DNA from: Gloeobacterales cyanobacterium
GTDB lineage: Bacteria > Cyanobacteriota > Cyanobacteriia > Gloeobacterales > PMM-0068
Assembly: GCA_038245785.1 (NCBI GenBank)
Contig: JBBRSB010000009.1
Coordinates: 1 to 64,000, forward strand
Reading direction: 5' to 3'
DNA length: 64,000 nt
Shown: positions 59,636-64,000 of the stretch, in pieces
Layout: every line of letters begins with the position of its first letter
Position numbering within the stretch: position 1 is the first letter of the stretch
The notes under the pieces: model-generated
Database searches by the model: none
The model's input: the letters and a program-made list of their open reading frames with translations, nothing else
Told to the model about the DNA's origin: nothing
Made by a program: the position numbers and the translations under genes

Positions 59636-61531
59636 ATGATTGAACGCTACAGCAAGCTAATTGTCCGTTGGTGGGGGGAATTTGCCCTCCAAGTGAGGCT
59701 CTTGGCGACTGCAGCCCTGGTCGTCTCTTTAGTTATTAGTGCTTTTACCTTCTGGGTCGTCAACTCGATCCAAGAAGATGCTCGCCAGAGTGACCGACGT
59801 TTTGGGGAAGCAGTAGGCCAGCTTCTGGCTGCTAATGCCGCGCCCCTGGTGGGCCGTGGGGATATGACAGGCCTCGCTCAATTTACCCAGCAATTTCTAG
59901 AGGGCGACTCCAACGTTCTTTACATTCTCTATGCCTATCCTAATGGCACGATCTTCTACGGCAGTCCTTTTAATGACCAGAACGCTCCTTCTGCGCCCCC
60001 CAGCGAAAAACTCTCTCGCAAAATCGCGCTCCCTAAGGTACTGCCCGCCAGCCGGGAACATGCCGCTCCCAACGGTCGTGTAACCGATATTTTTTATGCG
60101 ATTCGCTACCAAAACAAGTTGGTGGGTGTAGTTTCTATTGGGATCAATCCCAATGCCACCTTGGTCGGCTCTTCTAACTTAACGAGAGATGTAACCATCG
60201 CGGTATTCGTAGCGGTCTGGATTTTGGCTATTCTTGGAGCCGTGTTCAATGCGCTAACGATTACGCAGCCGATTAAAGAACTGGTGCAAGGAGTCAAAGG
60301 GATTGCCGCTGGCAATTTCAAACAGCGAATTCTCCTTCCTTTTGGTGGTGAGCTTGGTCAGCTAATCAAAAGCTTTAACCTGATGGCAGAACGGCTACAG
60401 AGCTATGAAGAGCAAAATATAGACAAAATCACAGCCGAAAAAGCCAAACTTGAATCCCTTTTGACCACGATTGCAGATGGAGCGGTGCTCCTAGACCGAG
60501 ATCTCAACATTCTTCTGGCCAACCCAGCCGCGCTACATATTTTTAATTGGCCAGAGGATGTGATGGGTTCTTCCGCGCTACAGCGATTACCAAAGGGCCT
60601 AGCTTCAGATTTAACGGAAGCACTTGCAGAAGTGGGTACTGAGGAAGCGGTCACGACAGACGGATCGATGATTCCGGCTTTAGCAGAGTATCGTGCTACG
60701 CTAGACAACCCGAAACGGACGGTCAGAATTTTACTCTCTGCTGTACTGGGCAAAGACGACGTACAAGGCGCCGTCTTGACGGTTCAGGATATCTCCCGTG
60801 AGGTGGAGTTGAATGAAGCTCAAGGGCGCTTCATTAGCAATGTGTCTCATGAATTGCGTACTCCTTTGTTTAATATCAAGTCCTTTATTGAGACCCTGCA
60901 TGAGTATGGAGATGCTCTAGCAGAAGATCAGAAGCAAGAATTTTTAGAAACAGCTATCCGAGAAACGGACCGCCTGACACGGCTTGTGAATGATGTACTG
61001 GACCTTTCTCGACTAGAATCTGGGCGAGAATATTTATTTGATTGGGTAGATGTTTCTCAACTGATTGAACAAACCCTTCGTACTTATCAGCTGAATGCTA
61101 AAGACAAAGGCATTGAACTCCATCAAGACATTGCTCCCGAGGGAACCATGGTCTGGGCCAATTATGATTTGCTGCTCCAGGTCTTCTCCAATTTGATGGG
61201 CAATGCCCTCAAATTCTCCCCAGATGGAGGCCATGTCACCATCAGGACAGAGCTGATTGAAGATGAAGAGGGCTTTGCCAAAATGCGTATCAGTGTGATT
61301 GATACCGGTATGGGCATTCCCTATGAAGACCAAGCCAAGATCTTTGACCGTTTCTACCGTGTCGAGAACCGGGTCCATACCTTAGAAGGGACAGGCCTAG
61401 GACTTTCCATCGTCTTTAACATCATCAGCAAACACAATGCTCATATCCAACTCGCTTCTGAACCTGGCAAGGGTACTACCTTCTGGTTTGACTTGGTCGC
61501 CTTCGATAGCAAGCGTCCATTGGAGTCGTGA
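59636..61531 (+). CDS. nblS: Sensor histidine kinase NblS/Hik33
   Basis: HAMP-PAS-HisKA; SHELRTPLFNIKSFIETL, RVENRVHTLEGTGLGL. Confidence 0.93.
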   Translation: MIERYSKLIVRWWGEFALQVRLLATAALVVSLVISAFTFWVVNSIQEDARQSDRRFGEAVGQLLAANAAPLVGRGDMTGLAQFTQQFLEGDSNVLYILYAYPNGTIFYGSPFNDQNAPSAPPSEKLSRKIALPKVLPASREHAAPNGRVTDIFYAIRYQNKLVGVVSIGINPNATLVGSSNLTRDVTIAVFVAVWILAILGAVFNALTITQPIKELVQGVKGIAAGNFKQRILLPFGGELGQLIKSFNLMAERLQSYEEQNIDKITAEKAKLESLLTTIADGAVLLDRDLNILLANPAALHIFNWPEDVMGSSALQRLPKGLASDLTEALAEVGTEEAVTTDGSMIPALAEYRATLDNPKRTVRILLSAVLGKDDVQGAVLTVQDISREVELNEAQGRFISNVSHELRTPLFNIKSFIETLHEYGDALAEDQKQEFLETAIRETDRLTRLVNDVLDLSRLESGREYLFDWVDVSQLIEQTLRTYQLNAKDKGIELHQDIAPEGTMVWANYDLLLQVFSNLMGNALKFSPDGGHVTIRTELIEDEEGFAKMRISVIDTGMGIPYEDQAKIFDRFYRVENRVHTLEGTGLGLSIVFNIISKHNAHIQLASEPGKGTTFWFDLVAFDSKRPLES

Positions 61532-61584
61532 ACAGACAGCGGATGCCGTAGAATCAATCGGTACCTTTGCCCTCGTGAACCCTC

Positions 61585-62205
61585 ATGCAAGCGCGCACTG
61601 TCGCCCGTGAATTGGTCCTTTTAAGTTTGAGCCAGCTTTCCTCGACCCAAAAGCTAGAACAATTGAGTGTAGAGGAGCTGGTCTTGAAAGCGGTGCGTCT
61701 TCTTACCGAGGAAGCCCACGAAGGCCTCAAAAAAGCTGTTGCTGAGCTCAAACAGAGCAGAGAAAAGCTGCTTACCTCCCAAACTACTGCGCGTACGCTG
61801 GAGACCGCTCGCGAGCAACTGGAGCTTTCCCAGAACTTAGCTCAAAATGCAATTAATCAGGTGGGGGCCGCTATAGAATTCCCAGAATTTCTGCGCTTGG
61901 CAGAACAACAGCAAGTTAGACACTACGCCTTTACGCTGCTGAGGCTCTATACGAACCATGCCAAGGAAATAGACCAACTGCTGATCGAGTCGTTGGAAGG
62001 CTGGAATCTAGAACGCCTGGGCCATGTGGAACGAGACCTCCTACGTTTAGCCGTCACCGAACTTCAGTATGTTTCTGAAGTCCCAGATAAAGTAGCTATT
62101 GATGAAGCGATCGAACTCGCCAAGAAATATGGCTCAGAGCAAGCTCCTGGTTTTATCAATGGGGTATTGCGCCGCGTTATGAACCGCCGTGCTCTGCCGG
62201 AGTAG
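61585..62205 (+). CDS. nusB: Transcription antitermination factor NusB (cyanobacterial long form)
   Basis: ARELVL, AIDEAIELAKKY, FINGVL. Confidence 0.92.
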   Translation: MQARTVARELVLLSLSQLSSTQKLEQLSVEELVLKAVRLLTEEAHEGLKKAVAELKQSREKLLTSQTTARTLETAREQLELSQNLAQNAINQVGAAIEFPEFLRLAEQQQVRHYAFTLLRLYTNHAKEIDQLLIESLEGWNLERLGHVERDLLRLAVTELQYVSEVPDKVAIDEAIELAKKYGSEQAPGFINGVLRRVMNRRALPE

Positions 62206-62284
62206 ATGAATCTCATAGCGTACACGAACCTCCCCGAGAGTCTGCAAGCTAAAATAGTTAAGACAGAGCAAAGGGAAACACACT

Positions 62285-62536
62285 ATGAGCCAATCAATCA
62301 CGCAGGTCAATGCCAAGCTTATAGATTCCCTCGCTCAGATAATCCTGTCGCTCACCCACGAGGAACGGCAGCTTCTTGAACAAAAGATTCATACCCAAGA
62401 ACAAGCCAAAGTTAATTTAGACCAGTTTTTCCAAGAGCTTGACGATGCAGCACCTGATCCAAATCAGCCAACTTTACAAGAGATTAGTGAGCTTGTGAAA
62501 GACGTGCGGAGAGAACTCTGGTCTCATCGCGAATGA
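62285..62536 (+). CDS. Putative antitoxin
   Basis: Small acidic ORF ending EI..LVK.VR; ATGA overlap with the PIN gene. Confidence 0.6.
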   Translation: MSQSITQVNAKLIDSLAQIILSLTHEERQLLEQKIHTQEQAKVNLDQFFQELDDAAPDPNQPTLQEISELVKDVRRELWSHRE

Positions 62537-62945
62537 GGGTTGTTCTAGATATCAATGTTTGGGTCTCCGGGCTTTTATGGGGTGGTGTTCCTGGAAAAGT
62601 ATTGAGGTTGAGCTACGGTCAAAAAATCACCAGCATTGTTTCTAAGGAGCTACTGCTGGAATTAGACAACACACTAAGGCGTGAGAAATTTCAGGAGCGT
62701 CTGCGTCAGCGTAGTTACACCGTCGATGAATTGCTGACTATACAAAAAATTCGTCTAAAGTGGTTACAATCAAACTAATCACAGTTCCTAAATTGCGTGA
62801 CTCTGCAGACATGAAAATTTTGGCAACAGCTGTTGCAGCTCAAGCTGATGTAATTGTGACGAGTGATCATGATTTGTTAGTGCTGTGCTCATTTCAAGGA
62901 GTTGCAATCTTGACACCAGTAGAGTTTTATAATTCTTTAGAATAA
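62533..62945 (+). pseudogene. PIN-domain toxin split by a frameshift near 62740
   Basis: RVVLD.NV.VS in one frame; RD..D.K.L..A....AD..VT.D.DLL in another. Confidence 0.78.
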
Positions 62946-63088
62946 AGATGCAGCATCCCAAAGACTTCCAGATATGAGCTGTTTTGAAAGTACATCCAGA
63001 ATCAGGCTAGAACCAAATTTTACAGGGAGACTGTTTTGAAACTGATCTAGCGTAGAGGTAGGAGATCCGAACCGACGAGGTAAGGACA

Positions 63089-64000
63089 ATGGGTGCGGAC
63101 TTGTTAGTGGTAGGCGGTGGAATCGGTGGGGCTGTTTTGGCAAATTTGCTCGACCGAGGTGGGAAAAAGGTCGTCGTGTTGGAGAAAAGTATCACTCCAC
63201 CGGACTGGGTTCGACCAGAAGTTTTATGGCCAGTGACTGTACAAGTTTTGTTCTCCTTAAGTCCAAGACAAATGTGGGAGAAGGAAGCATTGCTTCCGAT
63301 GGGAGGTGTTAATCTCCATGATGGACGGCGAATTTCCTCCGTCATTACTCCAGAACTGCTGCAAGAGGCTCAAGTCCAGCCTTGGTTCACCAATCCCAAT
63401 CAAACCCGTGAACAGTTGCTGCGTCTCGGTGATTTTGAGTTGCGGCGTGGAGTGGAGGTGATTGCGGTTCTAAAAGAGAAGAACCAGATTGTCGGTGTCC
63501 GAACCCGCGATGTCACTACGGCTGAAGAACGCGAGGTTTTGGCTCATTGTACAGTCGGGGACGATGGTGTCCATTCGGTGGTGAGAAAAGCTTGCGGTAT
63601 CGAAATCAAGACACAGATGTTTCCACTGGATCTTCTTTGTTTCGGATTTGACTGGCCTGCGACACTGCCATCGGCGATCGCCCATGTCTGGCCAAATCTG
63701 AAACGGCTTGATTCAGGAGTCCTTGTCTTAGCCGCCTTCCCTCTCTCTAACGATAAAGGTGCTGGACTGGTTGCTGTGCGACCCCGGATTTTTGACGATC
63801 CTGCTCCGGCGCAGGAAGCGTGGAACCAACTTTGTTTCATAGATCCTGCTATTCAAGATGTCGTTCAGGATCGACAGTTTCCCCATGATTTTGTGCGCAT
63901 TCGTCGTCTGTGGGGCCACGCATCGCATTATGGTGCGGAAGGGGCAATATTAATGGGGGATGCTGCCCACCCAGTCAGTCCAGTTGGGGCGCAAGGGGCA
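63089..64000 (+). CDS. FAD-dependent monooxygenase (runs off the window end)
   Basis: MGADLLVVGGGIGG... and in-frame GDAAHPVSPVGAQG at the window end. Confidence 0.88.
   Translation, partial: MGADLLVVGGGIGGAVLANLLDRGGKKVVVLEKSITPPDWVRPEVLWPVTVQVLFSLSPRQMWEKEALLPMGGVNLHDGRRISSVITPELLQEAQVQPWFTNPNQTREQLLRLGDFELRRGVEVIAVLKEKNQIVGVRTRDVTTAEEREVLAHCTVGDDGVHSVVRKACGIEIKTQMFPLDLLCFGFDWPATLPSAIAHVWPNLKRLDSGVLVLAAFPLSNDKGAGLVAVRPRIFDDPAPAQEAWNQLCFIDPAIQDVVQDRQFPHDFVRIRRLWGHASHYGAEGAILMGDAAHPVSPVGAQGA

Noticed and set aside
62979..63042. Two copies of CTGTTTTGAAA 52 bp apart, resembling CRISPR repeat ends
   Set aside because: Only two short copies, no full-length repeat and no cas genes

Overview
Chromosomal window of a cyanobacterium (chlP, rpaB, nblS/hik33, sigF, cpcT-family lyase, desA, ycf46, cyanobacterial-type rpsL-rpsG-fusA-tuf-rpsJ, pilB-pilT-pilC). 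Few HIP1 sites seen by eye and insertions in EF-G and S7 hint at an early-branching lineage (inference). Intact core genes alternate with accessory patches. (i) At the left edge: an IS630 end, an attI-like site and a decayed integron-integrase fragment. (ii) At 4.2-6.3 kb: a toxin/defence patch with a split HEPN-motif gene, an antitoxin-like/HNH pair and an AbiE-like remnant. (iii) At 17.0-17.7 kb: two secreted proteins sharing a Q-x5-[QN]-x3-Q-x-[QS] repeat, a candidate uncharacterised functional-amyloid operon, next to a REP-associated tyrosine transposase. (iv) At 19.6-26.4 kb: a Ter cluster extended by a Zn-ribbon metzincin protease, a channel-like membrane protein and a broken GIY-YIG nuclease. 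(v) At 35.7-45.7 kb: a block with a two-component system, VIT1, a chitosanase, DUF2808 paralogs and a second antitoxin/HNH pair. A yybP-ykoY Mn riboswitch and a Zur-like box are visible. No rRNA, tRNA or CRISPR array was seen. All family assignments come from motif recognition by eye; no database searches were run.
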